Shown: positions 49,899 to 64,000 of the stretch, piece after piece
Layout: each line of letters opens with the position of its first letter
Position numbering within the stretch: position 1 is the stretch's first letter
Source of the DNA: Squalus acanthias
Taxonomy: Eukaryota
NCBI GenBank assembly: GCA_030390025.1
Contig: JASTWF010000036.1
Span: forward strand, 1,612,001 to 1,676,000
DNA length: 64,000 bases
Direction: 5' to 3'
Notes under the pieces: model-generated
What the model was told of the DNA's origin: nothing
Databases searched by the model: none
The model's input: only the letters and a program-made list of their open reading frames with translations
Position numbers and translations under genes: made by a program

Positions 49899-52054
49899 CA
49901 CCCTTCCCCCCATCCCCACCCCCCACCTTGCTCCCCCCGCCCCCCACACCCCCTCCCCTGCCCCCACACCCCCTCCCCCGCCCCCACCCCCCTCCCCCGC
50001 CCCCACACACCCTCCCCCGCCCCCACACCCCCTCCCCCGCCCCCATACCCCCTCCCCCACCCCCACACTCCTACCCTGCTCCCCCCACACCCCCTTCCCC
50101 TCCCCCTCCCCCACACTCCCACCCTGCTCCCCCCGCCCCCCACACCCCCTCCCCCGCCCCCACACCCACCCTGCTCCCCCCGCCCCCCACACCCCCTCCC
50201 CCGCCCCCACACCCACCCTGCTCCCCGCCCCCCACACCCCCTCCCCCTCGCCCCCGCCCCCCACACCCCCTCACCCCGCCCCCACACCCCCTCCCCCGCC
50301 CCCACACACCCTCCCCCGCCCCCACACCCCCTCCCCCTCCCCCACACCCCCTCCCCCTCCCCCTCCCCCACACTCCTACCCTGCTCCCCCCACACCCCCT
50401 TCCCCTCCCCCTCCCCCACACCCCCTCCCCCGCCCCCACACCCCCTCCCCCACACCTCCTCCCCCACACTCCTACCCTGCTCCCCCCACACCCCCTTCCC
50501 CTCCCCCTCCCCCACAGCCCCTCCCACCGCCCTCCACACTCCCACCCTGCTCCCCCCCGCCCCCACACCCCCTCCCCCGCCCCCACACACCCTCCCCCAC
50601 CCCCACCCCCCCTCCCCCTCCCCCACACTCCTACCCTGCTCCCCCCACACCCCCTTCCCCTCCCCCTCCCCCACACCCCCTCCCCCGTCCCCACACCACT
50701 CCCCCTCCCCTACACCCCCTCCCCCACCCCCACACCCCCTCTCCCACACTCCTACCCTGCTCCCCCCACACCCCCTTCCCCTCCCCCTCCCCCACAGCCC
50801 CTCCCACCGCCCTCCACACTCCCACCCTGCTCCCCCCGCCGCCCACACCCCCTCCCCCCGCCCCCCACCCACACTGCTCCCCCCCCCCCCCTCCCACCCG
50901 CCCTCCACACTCCCACCCTGCTCCCCCGCCCCCCACACCCCCTCCCCCCGCCCCCACCCCACCCTGCTCCCCCCGCCCCCCACACCCCCTCCCCCCGCCC
51001 CCACACCCACCCTGCTCCCCCCGCCCCCACACCCCTCCCCCCGCCCCCACACCCACCCTGCTCCCCCCGCCCCCACACCCCCTCCCCCTCCCCCGCCCCC
51101 CCACACCCCCTCCCCCGCCCCCACACCCCCTCCCACTTGCCCCCGCCCCCCACACCCCCTCCCCCCGCCCCCACACCCCCTCCCACCTCCACACCCACCC
51201 TGCTCCCCCGCCCCACACCCACCCTGCTCCCCCCGCCCCCACACCCCCTTCCCCCGCCCCCACACCCACCCTGCTCCCCCCGCCCCCACACCCACCCTGC
51301 TCCCCCCGCCCCCCACACCCCCTCCTCCTCCCCCCCCGCCCCCCACACCCCCTCCTCCTCCCCCCCGCCCCCCACACCCCCTCCTCCTCCCCCCCGCCCC
51401 CCACACCCCCTCCTCCTCCCCCCCGCCCCCCACACCCCCTCCTCCTCCCCCCGCCCCCCACACCCCCTCCTCCCCCCCCCCGCCCCCCACACCCTCCTCC
51501 CCCCCCCCGCCCCCCCACACCCCCTCCTCCTCCCCCCCGCCCCCACACCCCCTCCTCCTCCCCCCTGCCCCCCACACCCCCTCCTCCTCCCCCCTGCCCC
51601 CCACACCCCCTCCTCCTCCCCCCGCCCCCCACACCCCCTCCTCCCCCCCCCCCGCCCCCCACACCCCCTCCTCCTCCCCCCCGCCCCCCACACCCCCTCC
51701 TCCTCCCCCCCCGCACCCCCTCCTCCTCCCCCCCCGCCCCCCACACCCCCTCCTCCTCCCCCCCCCCGCCCCCCACACCCCCTCCTCCTCCCCCCCCACC
51801 CCCACACCCCTCCTCCTCCCCCCCCCCACCCCCACACCCCCTGCTCCCCCCGCCCCCCACACCCCCTCCTCCTCCCCCCCGCCCCCCACACCCCCTCCTC
51901 CTCCCCCCGCCCCCACACCCACCCTGCTCCCCCCCGCCCCCCACAACCGCTCCTCCTCCCCCCCGCCCCCCACACCCCCTCCTCCTCCCCCCCCGCCCCC
52001 CACACCCCCTCCTCCTCCCCCCCGCCCCCCACACCCCCTCCTCCTCCCCCCCAC
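49899..52054. repeat. C-rich low-complexity tandem tract (CCCCCACACCCCCTCCCCCG-like units)
   Basis: About 2.15 kb dominated by C runs on + (G runs on -). The motif shifts to CCTCCTCCTCCCC after ~51320. Confidence 0.97.
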
Positions 52055-52192
52055 ACTGAGACAGGGCTTCGGTTTAACGTCTCATCTGCACCTCTGAGTA
52101 TGACCCTAGATGTTGTGCTGGCGTCCCCTGGAGTGGGACTTTGAACCCACAACCTTCTGACGGCGAGACGAAAATGCTACCCACTGAGCCAT
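52055..52192 (-). mobile_element. Deu-SINE 5' fragment
   Basis: CGGTTTAACGTCTCATC...GAACCCACAACCTTCTGAC...CTACCCACTGAGCCA. Confidence 0.75.
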
Positions 52193-52496
52193 TGTGTGTG
52201 TGCATTGTCAGTAATATCATCATACAGGATTAAAGGCTTGTGGAATTGCACTGTGTGGTTGTGCTTGCATTTAACTGTGACTGCACTGGTATCAATTTCA
52301 GTAGGCCAGCTTAAAAAAAGAACAACATGCTTTTGTCGACAAAGGCGCTACATAAATGCAAGTTGTTGTTCCTTTTTCTTCAATCAGCCCCCCTCCTCTT
52401 CACAATGAAGAATTGCTCGCGTGTGTAGGAGAATTGTAAACACCGTCTGCACATAAAGACCAGAGAAACACTACCTCCAATAGATGAGATTTAACG

Positions 52497-52821
52497 TCTT
52501 TCGGATGAGATGTTAAACCGAGGCCCCGTCTGCTCTCTCAGGTGGATATAAAGATCCCAAGGCACTATTTCGAAGAAGAGCAGGGGAGTTCTCCCCGGTG
52601 TCCTGGCCAATATTTATCCCTCAATCAACATCACTAAAACAGATTATCTGGTCATTACCACATTGCTGTTTGTGGGAGCTTGCTGTGCGCAGATTGGCTG
52701 CCGCGTTTCCTACATTACAACAGTGACTACACTTCAAAAAAGTACTTAATTGGCTGTAAAACACTTTGGGATGTCCTGAGGTCGTGAAAGGTGCGATAGA
52801 AATGCAAGTCTTTCTTTCTTT
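52497..52821 (+). mobile_element. Deu-SINE, 5' truncated
   Basis: Matches 22460-22770, including the AAATGCAAGTCTTTCTTTCTTT tail. Confidence 0.9.
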
Positions 52822-53510
52822 CAATCCTTTTTCTCTACAGAAACACATCCAGTTGTCTCTTGGAACCCATTTATACTGCCCAGCTTAACACCCTTCCTGG
52901 CAACTTTCTCCATTTCACACCTGATTTCCCTTCTCACTGCGAGCATCCTTTTGTTTTTAACTCATTACAGAGAAAGATGAGCAATTGTAGCCATTCCACC
53001 AGCCATGATTGTAAATTAAAACATACTGTTCATATAGAAGAAAGGATAAATATAAAGGACACGGCGGTGCAATCATAGGGCTGCTTAAAAATTTATTGTG
53101 ATATTGACACAATACCAGACCAGACTCCAGTCGGCAGATGAATACTGAAAGCCCCAGAGTCCTGCAGTTGTCACAAACAGTTATTTTTCCATTTCCCACA
53201 CCAGCTGTCCTTGTGGCCTGTCTCAGAGAGAGAGACACTGCCAATTTTGAACCAATTTGTGCTGAATTGCAAGCAGCCTTGTGTTGCAGACCCACCTCCG
53301 CAAGGAAGTTGGTCGAGATGACCCGAATGCATTGAACGTAGGACCCATGAGAGCCACCAGAGACGGGAGGCTTTCTGCTCCATTGACCCGAAAGGATGGT
53401 GCTCAGATTTACAGCCCAGTCCTAAAACCTTCGATATTTAAGCAAAAAAGTGAAAAAAATGATTGTTATTTAAAGAAAGATCATGCCAGTACACACTTGT
53501 GGCAGTCGGT

Positions 53511-53975
53511 AACATACGAACATGTGAAAATGACGGGCAGCAAAAGACCAGCTGGTCCATCAAGCCTGCCCCACGCCGTGGCGGCCAGAGCATCATGACC
53601 AGACACTTCTTCCCTCTCCCCACCCCACTACGGTCCCCACCCCCCCGCTGCCACCCAACCTCCATCCCCGCAAAATAACGGAGATAAACCCAAGGCCGAT
53701 AAGGGAAGAAATGCTCTGGAAAATGCCTCTCCAACGCGCTCAGGGCGATCAGAACCTGCCCAGGAGATCACATGCAACAACTGTTATCTATGAAGCCACT
53801 GACCTTCTACATGATGCGATCTCTGCCCCGGTCAGGAACCGGTCCAGCTCCCTCTTGAAGGCAGAGAGTCAGCACCCATCACACCAGCCGCAACGTGTTC
53901 CAGAGGCTCACTACTCTCTGGGAAAAGAAGAACTGCCCAGCATCCGGTCTATTCCCACTCTTACACAGTTTAGTT
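53511..53975 (-). mobile_element. Old CR1 3' end with long UTR
   Basis: AACATACGAACAT tail, GACCAGCTGGTCCATCAAGCC, and TTCCAGAGGCTCACTACTCTCTGGGAAAAGAAG (FFSQRVVSLWN on minus). Confidence 0.65.
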
Positions 53976-54584
53976 ACATGAATCTAGCAGGGGGTCCATC
54001 TGATGAAAGCTGAAGTTCCTTGTAATGGAGTTTGACGGACCAGCAGAGAAAATAAATTGTTATACTTAGTGTTCTGTCAATAAAAAAAATGTAGGTTTAC
54101 ATTCTATTCTATGACTTTAATATTTGGACTGAAAAGTTCAAGCCCAGTAGGCGGAAAAGAACACAAACAGATTAGATTTTTTTTTGTGGGAGTTCTGTGA
54201 TGCCACGGTGAGTGAATGCACTATGTGATTTGGTACTGTGCCTTAGAGACCAGGTGTGCTTCCCCTGAGGTAGGTCATCTCAGCTGGGGACTCGTTTTGA
54301 ACACTGTGATATGTCTCCAGTGTCCTTGGGCTAGAGAGAAGAAAAATAGGAAGAACACATGCATGGCGGTTGTGTGGGGGGTGTACGCGGCTTAGCTGTG
54401 GTGAACCCCTTAGCTGAATAGCCTGCCCGGACTTGCGCATTGGCTGCTTGAGCGAGGTGCTGGCTGGGACCAAGAATCAGCGCCTTCGGGGGAGGAGGGA
54501 TTGAAATCGGCCAAAACAAAATGGTTGGTGCTTTGTTTCGAAACCTTCCTTTCCAAAGATGCGAAGTCCTCCATCCTCTCATTG

Positions 54585-54903
54585 GAACACAGGAGGAGGC
54601 CATTCAGCCCCTCGAGCCTGTTCCGCCATTCAGTTAGATCATGGCTGATCTGTATCTTAACTCCATCTACCCGCCTTGGTTCCGTATCCCTTAATACCCT
54701 TACCCAACAAAAATCTATCAATCTCAGTTTTGACATTTTCAATTGACCCCCAGCCTCAACAGCTTTTTGGGGGAGAGAGTTCCAGATTTCCACTACCCTT
54801 TGTGTGAAGAAGTGCTTCCTGACATCACCCCTGAACAACCTAGCTCTAATTTTAAGGTTCTGCCCCCTTGTTCTGGACTCCCCCCACCAGAGGAAATAGT
54901 CTC
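54585..54903 (-). mobile_element. CR1 3' end
   Basis: Minus ORF FRGDVRKHFFTQRVVEIWNSLPQKAVEA. Confidence 0.88.
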
Positions 54904-55717
54904 AGTTAATGACATTGCGTGGGGTGGACGTACTGGGCTGATGTGAGGCCCGGGATGGGAGGAATCTCCTTCATTTCACTCCCTCCCGTGGATTAGGATC
55001 TCATATTACTGATCTCACAGGTGATACTCAGGACTCTACATGACTGGTAACAGGAGACTGCCACAACGTGGATCAAAAAAATCTGCTACATGTATTCTGC
55101 CTGAGATGGAGGATTACAGGACTCTGTAGAAATGTAGATTTATAAAGAATCTGTTGAGTGCTTCTGATAAAAGCTTTCTGCATATTCATTATGTTTCTTT
55201 ATTCCTGAAAGCGCTAGCTCATTTTGGGCTATGGTTACATGGGCGTCTCACCCAAGTGGTCCTTCGGAAGTTTCAGTAGGATATTTGACTGTGCCAAACC
55301 CGATCCTATCCTTACTTGATGTCCACACATGTCCACTTTCCAGCAAGGGTTGCTGGACAGCAGCAGGAGCAGGAACCCTTTCCGAACCCAGGGAAACATT
55401 GACCAATTGGAGCCCTTCTGGGACTTGGGACCTTTAGAGCCTGGTGGCTCAGTACCAAGGATACATTTAAGTACTGAGCCATCAGGGGGAGCTATTCATT
55501 AAGATGCGGTCTGATTCTGGCCCCATCTCCCTCTCCCATGTGCTCCCCATGGTGGGATCTCTATATTGGCAGTTATTTATTGAACCTCCAGGGGGCTTCT
55601 GCCCCCGTTGCCATTGTCTCCTCCCCCTTCTGATGCTCAAGCGAGTGACCTGCGGCAGTACCAGATTTCCCTTGCGGGCTACCTCCGGAGAGCAGAGTTA
55701 CCGCTGGATGAAGCGCT

Positions 55718-56124
55718 AAAGAAAGAAAGACTTGCATTTATGTAGCGCCTTTCACGACCACCGGACGTCTCAAAGCGCTTTACAGTCAATGAAGTACTTT
55801 TGAAGTGAAGTCACTGTTGTAATGTGGGAAACGCGGAAGCCAATTTGCACACAGCAAGCTCCCACAAACAGCAATGTGATAATGACCAGATAATCTGTTT
55901 CAGTGATGTTGGTTGAGGGATAAATATTGGCCCCAGGACACCGGGGAGAACTCCCCCCCCTGCTCTTCTTCAAAATAGTGCCAGGGGATCTTTTACGTCC
56001 ACCTGAGAGAGCAGACGAGGCCTTGGTTTAACGTCTCATCCGAAAGACAGCACCTCCGACAGTGCAGCGTTCCCTCAGCACTGCACTGGAGTGTCAGCCT
56101 AGCTTTATGTGTGCAAGTCCCTGG
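55718..56124 (-). mobile_element. Deu-SINE lacking tRNA head
   Basis: Match to other SINE copies. Confidence 0.9.
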
Positions 56125-56394
56125 ACATTTAACATTACAGTAGTGGCAGCACAGATTGGGTCAGAATATCGCCGAGAACAGGTGATTCAGATTTTAGATG
56201 AAAAGTAACTTGAGCAGCAGTGGTGCAGTGTTTAGAATGCATCGCTAGAATCAGCATGATGAGAAGGATAACAGTTTGTGGTGCTTAAACTGTAGGCTGG
56301 CTGCAAAGGAGAACTGCTAGTTCGTGGAGTAGCAACAACAACAACTTGTATTTATATAGCACCTTTAACGTAGTAAAACGTCCCAAGGCGCTGA

Positions 56395-57872
<1,478 letters not shown>

Positions 57873-58212
57873 AGATCTTGTACAGAAAACATTTTCTACG
57901 ACAGGAGCGTTATCAAACAAAACTTGACACCGAGCCACATAAGGATTTATTAGGGCAGAGTCCAAGAGGTAGGTTTTAAGGAGCGTTTTAAAGGAGGAGA
58001 GAGAGGTGGAGAGGGTTAGGGAGGGAAATCCAGAGCTTAGGGCCTCGGCAGCTGAAGGCACGGCCGCCAATGGTGGAGCGATTAAAATCAGGGATGCGCA
58101 AGAGGCCAAAATTGGAGGAGCGCAGATATCTCGGAGGGTTGTGGGGCTAGTGGTAGTTACAGAGATAGGGAGGGGTGAGGCCACGGAGGGATTTGAACAC
58201 AAGGATGAGTGC

Positions 58213-59869
58213 AGAAAGAACATCGCAAGCTCGAGGAGGACAAAGAACATCGCACGCTCGAGGAGGAGAAAGAACATCGCAAGCTCGAGGAGGACAAAGA
58301 ACATCGCACCGCAAGCTCGAGGAGGAGAAAGAACATCGCAAGCTCGAGGAGGACAAAGAACATCGCAAGCTCGAGGAGGACAAAGAACATCGCAAGCTCG
58401 AGGAGGAGAAAGAACATCGCACGCTCGAGGAGGAGAAAGAACATCGCACGCTCGAGGAGGAGAAAGAACATCGCAAGCTCGAGGAGGAGAAAGAACATCG
58501 CACGCTCGAGGAGGAGAAAGAACATCGCACGCTCGAGGAGGACAAAGAACATCGCAAGCTCGAGGAGGACAAAGAACATCGCAAGCTCGAGGAGGACAAA
58601 GAACATCGCACGCTCGAGGAGAAGAACATCGCACGCTCGAGGAGGACAAAGAACATCGCACGCTCGAGGAGGACAAAGAACATCGCACGCTCGAGGAGGA
58701 CAAAGAACATCGCACGCTCGAGGAGGAGAAAGAACATCGCAAGCTCGAGGAGGACAAAGGACATCGCACGCTCGAGGAGGAGAAAGAACATCGCAAGCTC
58801 GAGGAGGACAAAGAACATCGCAAGCTCGAGGAGGACAAAGAACATCGCACGCTCGAGGAGGACAAAGAACATCGCAAGCTCGAGGAGGACAAAGAACATC
58901 GCACGCTCGAGGAGGAGAAAGAACATCGCAAGCTCGAGGAGGACAAAGAACATCGCACGCTCGAGGAGGACAAAGAACATCGCACGCTCGAGGAGGAGAA
59001 AGAACATCGCACGCTCGAGGAGGAGAAAGAACATCGCAAGCTCGAGGAGGACAAAGAACATCGCAAGCTCGAGGAGGACAAAGAACATCGCACGCTCGAG
59101 GAGGACAAAGAACATCGCACGCTCGAGGAGGACAAAGAACATCGCAAGCTCGAGGAGGAGAAAGAACATCGCAAGCTCGAGGAGGACAAAGAACATCGCA
59201 AGCTCGAGGAGGACAAAGAACATCGCAAGCTCGAGGAGGACAAAGAACATCGCACGCTCGAGGAGGACAAAGAACATCGCACGCTCGAGGAGGAGAAAGA
59301 ACATCGCAAGCTCGAGGAGGACAAAGGACATCGCAAGCTCGAGGAGGACAAAGGACATCGCAAGCTCAAGGAGGACAAAGGACATCGCACGCTCGAGGAG
59401 GAGAAAGAACATCGCACGCTCGAGGAGGAGAAAGAACATCGCAAGCTCGAGGAGGACAAAGGACATCGCAAGCTCAAGGAGGACAAAGGACATCGCAAGC
59501 TCAAGGAGGACAAAGGACATCGCACGCTCGAGGAGGAGAAAGAACATCGCACGCTCGAGGAGGAGAAAGAACATCGCACGCTCGAGGAGGACAAAGGACA
59601 TCGCACGCTCGAGGAGGACAAAGGACATCGCAAGCTCGAGGAGGAGAAAGAACATCGCACGCTCGAGGAGGACAAAGGACATCGCACGCTCGAGGAGGAG
59701 AAAGAACATCGCAAGCTCGAGGAGGACAAAGAACATCGCAAGCTCGAGGAGGACAAAGAACATCGCACGCTCGAGGAGGAAAAAGAACATCGCAAGCTCG
59801 AGGAGGAGAAAGAACATCGCAAGCTCGAGGAGGACAAAGGACATCGCAAGCTCGAGGAGGAGAAAGGAC
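58213..59869. repeat. 27-bp minisatellite (AAAGAACATCGCA[A/C]GCTCGAGGAGGA[C/G]), ~61 copies
   Basis: Direct 27-bp periodicity. Variation is confined to a few positions. Confidence 0.98.
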
Positions 59870-59996
59870 GAGTCGATTATTTGGTGACCTCACAAGCACA
59901 GGGGGCACCAATGAGTGGGTGTGAAGACAGATGCTTCACGCTGAGTGTCCAGTGAGCAGTCAGTTAATGGTCTAGGTGGAGCCCTTTCTCGGGGCA

Positions 59997-60080
59997 GATG
60001 ATGAAGGGTCATTCCGAAAGCATTAAGCTTCCTTTCACACGTTGACTGACCTGCTGAGCACTTGCAGTCATTTATTTTTT
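59997..60080 (+). mobile_element. Degraded Penelope-like terminal fragment
   Basis: TGATGAAGGGTCATTCCGAAAGCATTAA...CTGACCTGCTGAGCA resembles the 29825/30730 motifs. Confidence 0.5.
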
Positions 60081-60965
60081 TATACAGGGAATTAAGGAAT
60101 ATTTTTCCTTTCACTCAATCATTATAGTCAGCTAAAAAATACAGTAAATCAATATAACAGATTGATATGACAGAAAAATCAATTGTGTATTTTTTTGCCA
60201 GCCAAGAAAGCTAGGGAGGTGAGTTCCTAACAAGCCTACTGAAATAAACAGAATGTCTGTTTTTTTGCTAATTAAAGGCTTGTTAACGAATTGTGTTCTC
60301 AGAAATCGTACATTCCGAAGCTGCACATTCTCATGCCCTCGTTAATCAGTTGTTAACATCCCTTTTTTTGTGTTAAAAGAGGAATTTCACCTCCCATGTG
60401 ACTCCTGAGACAACTGTAGTTGGTCATATGAGAGGGGCACAGAGGGTGTTGGTTCACCCTGCGAATATTGCCCTTCCTCTCGGTGCCTCCATCTGAAGCC
60501 CTGAGACCAGGAATCCACGGAGTGAGAACCATTTGTGGTGGAGTGGTGCAGGGCACCAGATGGGACTGACACAGTGCAATGACAGGGAAGGTGTGAATTT
60601 AAAAACCTGCCTTCAAGACTGACTGAGTTAACAGCACTAACTCAGTGAGCTCATCTAACCCGTCCTGTAATGGTTTGCGTTCTCCAATCTGATCGAACAC
60701 TGTAGGCGTCCTGTTTTTGCACGATCCAAGCCAAACAAGTACGAAGTGACAACAGTTGGATTTCATTCTAATGTGATATGGCGTTCCTCGGAGATACATG
60801 GAAATGAATACATGGAGGCCAAGAGATGTGAGGATGGATGACTATTCTGGAGCTTTGCTTGACTACCTATGGTGCTTAGGGAGTATTTATGTGGAACTTT
60901 CCCTCAATGAGTATAAATGGAAGGGGTAGAGTCAATGATGGAGCAGACGGTATATGATCTGTGGG

Positions 60966-61106
60966 TAGGCTCGCCCACTCTGGTTGGACATATTCCTGGA
61001 GGTTTCATCACATGACCTCTCACCTTCAACCATTGCAGCAGTGTCCTGAAGGTTAGTCTTCAATTCCTGGAGACTCCAGGGCAATCCTGGAGGGTTGGCC
61101 ACCCTA
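60966..61106. mobile_element. Short hAT-like MITE
   Basis: TIR 12/16 (TAGGCTCGCCCACTCT vs reverse complement TAGGGTGGCCAACCCT) and 8-bp TSD TCTGTGGG/TCTGTGGA. The right end recurs at ~35054-35096. Confidence 0.7.
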
Positions 61107-63480
61107 TCTGTGGAAAGAACGTATTCCCTGACCATTGCGTCCCATACAATACTTGAGCTGGGGCCGAATTAAATAATATTCCCCGATCATCTTGTATGAA
61201 CATCGACAGGGGTCTGGAATCAGGTCAGTGAGAAGTGATAAAAAGGGAGAATCTGAGAAGGGGGAACAAATCTTTTTTTGTGGAGATGAATGGCATAAAC
61301 TGTTGCTCAAGATGTCATCGACTGCTGCTAGACATCAGTTTAGGATTTTCCTGATTTCACTACCCTCTCCTGACTCCTAGCTCAAATAATCTGGCACATT
61401 TGCTGTGTGTTTCCAAGCTCTTTTATCTACTGTCCCTGCACACCACTGAACTACCATTGAATTGCACAACACAGCACTTAGTCAATGCCCACAACCTGTC
61501 CAAGTATCTCCATTGGAGCACAGCCAGGCTCGTAGCTCCTTCCTGTGTGAGTGCTGGCCTGTGTAAACCATGGTATGGTTCGGATTGTCCGGATCTGACC
61601 ATCCGAATCCTATTTGCACATGATGTCTGGTTTATTTTAAACAATAATTCGTTTGGTGGTGATAAATAAGAAAGTATGGATCAGAGAAGACCATTCAGTT
61701 CATCAGGCCGGTTCTTTCCACAGATCATGTACAGTCTGCCCTATCATTGACTCTACCCCATCCATTTAATCTTCTGAGGGAAAATTCCACATCTGATCCA
61801 CCACAGGGAGTCAAGCAAAACTCCAGAATATTCATCCATCCTCAGTCTCCACTGTTCAACTCTGGCCTATTGCCCTTTACAGCCAACATTCTCTCCTGCC
61901 TCCTGCCAATGAAGCACAGAAACCATTGCATCCCATAGAATAATTGAGTTAGGGCCTAATTCAGTAATACTCCCTGATCATGTGCTGGTGAAACGCCAGC
62001 CATCTGCAGAACTTTTAACAACCTTTGAAGCCTAAAGTAACATCGATCACCAAGAGGGAGCCCACCAGTGCCCCGGTCGCAAAGGTCTGGCATCCTGGCA
62101 ACAGAAGAGGCATCTGGGCATTTAAGGGGCAAAAGAGCCCCAAAGATTAGGAAATTGCCAGCTTTGTAGGCCTCGGCAGAGACCAAGGCCTATACCAGAC
62201 AGGTAAGTGGGGCCAAATTTGAGAGAGAGAAGGCCATAACAAGGCCCTCTCCTTCCACTGGGGGAACATCAAGGCCGTTACTGTTGCTTCCCAGTGCCAC
62301 CCTGGACAGAGAGGCAGATGAGACAAGAAGGTGCAGAACCCTTCTACAAATCAGTCTTCTAAATTTTCGGGTTATTCCTTTTAATGACCGGAAAATCGTG
62401 AGGGCTGCGAATCAGGCGTGCACTCCCTCTCAGACCCGGTTGTCTGATTTTCCCACCGGCGGAGCAAGGCTCCATGGCAGGAGCTCCAGCTTGCCCCATC
62501 TAGAACGCCACATTCCATTGCCCCTGACGACCGGTCAGCAAGGCTGCGGGAGATCTCCTCGAATTATGATCAGGCAGTGCATCATTGCACCAGTGTTCTG
62601 CGGTGATTCTTTGCCCGGCGTTTATTGCACAGTCCTGGTTTTCTTTTTGATTTTCATGATTCATCATATTGTTTACTGACAATATCTGTATCCGGTTACC
62701 CTAAAACACCCGATCGAACGAGAAATCAGATCCCCTAATATCCTGCCAGGGCTACAGATCCAGACCTATTCGTCCTATAAATCTGCAAGAGTCAGGGATA
62801 TTCTTGTCACAGAAGGGCTTCGCCCTGGACAGAGGCAGTCATTTACCTACTTCCCCCACCACCCCCCTCCCCACCCCCAAAGTTCCATTAATAAAGTCTT
62901 GCTCACTTGCCTTTGTCTGCTGGTCTTCATCTTCCTGTGTTGTTTTATGCAGGATTGCAGAGAGCGCTGTAACATCAGTCCGTAATTGAATTTTATCCTG
63001 GTCATTTGCCTTCATGGAGTTATTTAATGTGCGGCAATTTATCTACAGACAGTATATGTAAAGGAGACCCGAGTAGGTAAAGGAGTGGTACTTGTAATAT
63101 GGCCATGGGGTTATTTGCAGACCGCCTAAACTTCACCTCTGACCCTTGCTTCTGCCGGGCTCTCTGGCCCACTGCTCTGGACGTGCACAGCTACAGATGT
63201 TGACTGAGCTTTGATTCAATCCTGCGTCCTCTCTTTTTCTTTATACTTTCATTATTCTTTTCCAATTTGCTCCCCCCATCTGTCCTGAAGGTGTAAAGTC
63301 TTGCTGGGTGCAGTTCCACAGGCGCTGGCCATCTCCCCGGTGACTAGTCTTCATATGTGAGCCTGGATGATGAGTGCCAGTAGGCTGTTTGACCGTGGGG
63401 GGAATAACCTGACCCGCCATCCGCTGAACAAATACCTTACTGTGTTGGGCCGAGGGAAAATGGAATTCGAGACACACGCA

Positions 63481-64000
63481 TTAAAAAGGATATAGAGGCA
63501 GTGGAGAAGGTGCAAAATAGATTTACGAGGATGATACCAGAACTGAGAGGTTCTAACTATCAGGAAAGACTGCATGGGCTGGGGCTCCTTTCTCTAGAAA
63601 AGAGAAGGCTGAGGGGTGACCTGATCGAGGTCTTTAAAATTATGAAAGGGTTCGATAGGGTAGACGTAGAGAAGATGTTCCCACTTGTGGGGGAGACCGA
63701 AAGTAGGGGCCATCGATATAAGATAGTCACTAATAAATCCAATGGGGAATTCAGGAGAAACTTCTTTACCCAGAGAGTGGTGAGAATGTGGAACTCGCTA
63801 CCACAGGGAGTGGTTGAGGCGAATAGTATAGATGCATTTAAGGGGAAGCTAGACAAGCATATGAGGGAGAAGGGAGTAGAAGGATATGCTGATAGGGTGA
63901 GATGAAGAAGAGTGGGAGGAGGCTCGTGTGGAGCATAAACACCGGCATGGACCAGTTGGGCCGAATGGCCTGTTTCTGTGTTGTAGATGCCATGTAATTC
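63481..64000 (+). mobile_element. CR1 LINE 3' end
   Basis: ORF EKVQNRFTRMIPELRG...LEKRRLRGDLIEVFKIMKGFD...FFTQRVVRMWNSLP and the CR1 3' UTR. Confidence 0.95.

Noticed and set aside
49837..52152. Proline-rich (extensin/formin-like) and Gly-rich ORFs of 460-750 aa
   Set aside because: Artefacts of a C-rich low-complexity tract, open in several frames on both strands.
61952..62571. Fifth Harbinger-like MITE (GGGCCTAATTC ... GAATTATGATC)
   Set aside because: Only an 8/11 terminal match and no target-site duplication, so it cannot be supported.

Overview
This is vertebrate nuclear DNA, very likely from a cartilaginous fish. That inference rests on the repeat landscape: tRNA-headed Deu-domain SINEs resembling SacSINE1/AmnSINE1, abundant CR1 and L2 LINE 3' ends, Penelope tails and an RTE element. 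I found no intact host protein-coding gene, RNA gene or CRISPR array. The long ORFs in the track come from stop-free tandem repeats or from LINE ORF2 remnants. Contents: a 16.4-kb 21-bp satellite (homogeneous, higher-order and diverged layers) running off the left edge; 20-, 45-, 53- and 27-bp tandem repeats; a 2.1-kb C-rich tract; many nested retroelements; four MITEs with 3-bp target-site duplications (TSDs; PIF/Harbinger-like) and two with 8-bp TSDs (hAT-like). The most notable item is missed by the ORF track: an intronless calmodulin (CALM2-like) retrocopy at 56395-57872. It lies inside an L2 element without poly(A) or TSD, has templated-looking junctions suggestive of cDNA patching of a DNA break, and was later split by a CR1 insertion. 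Also notable are an RTE insertion with a 5' inversion (twin-priming-like) and an Ingi/Vingi-like LINE tail. Repeat family names come from recalled motifs, not database searches, and most repeat boundaries are approximate.
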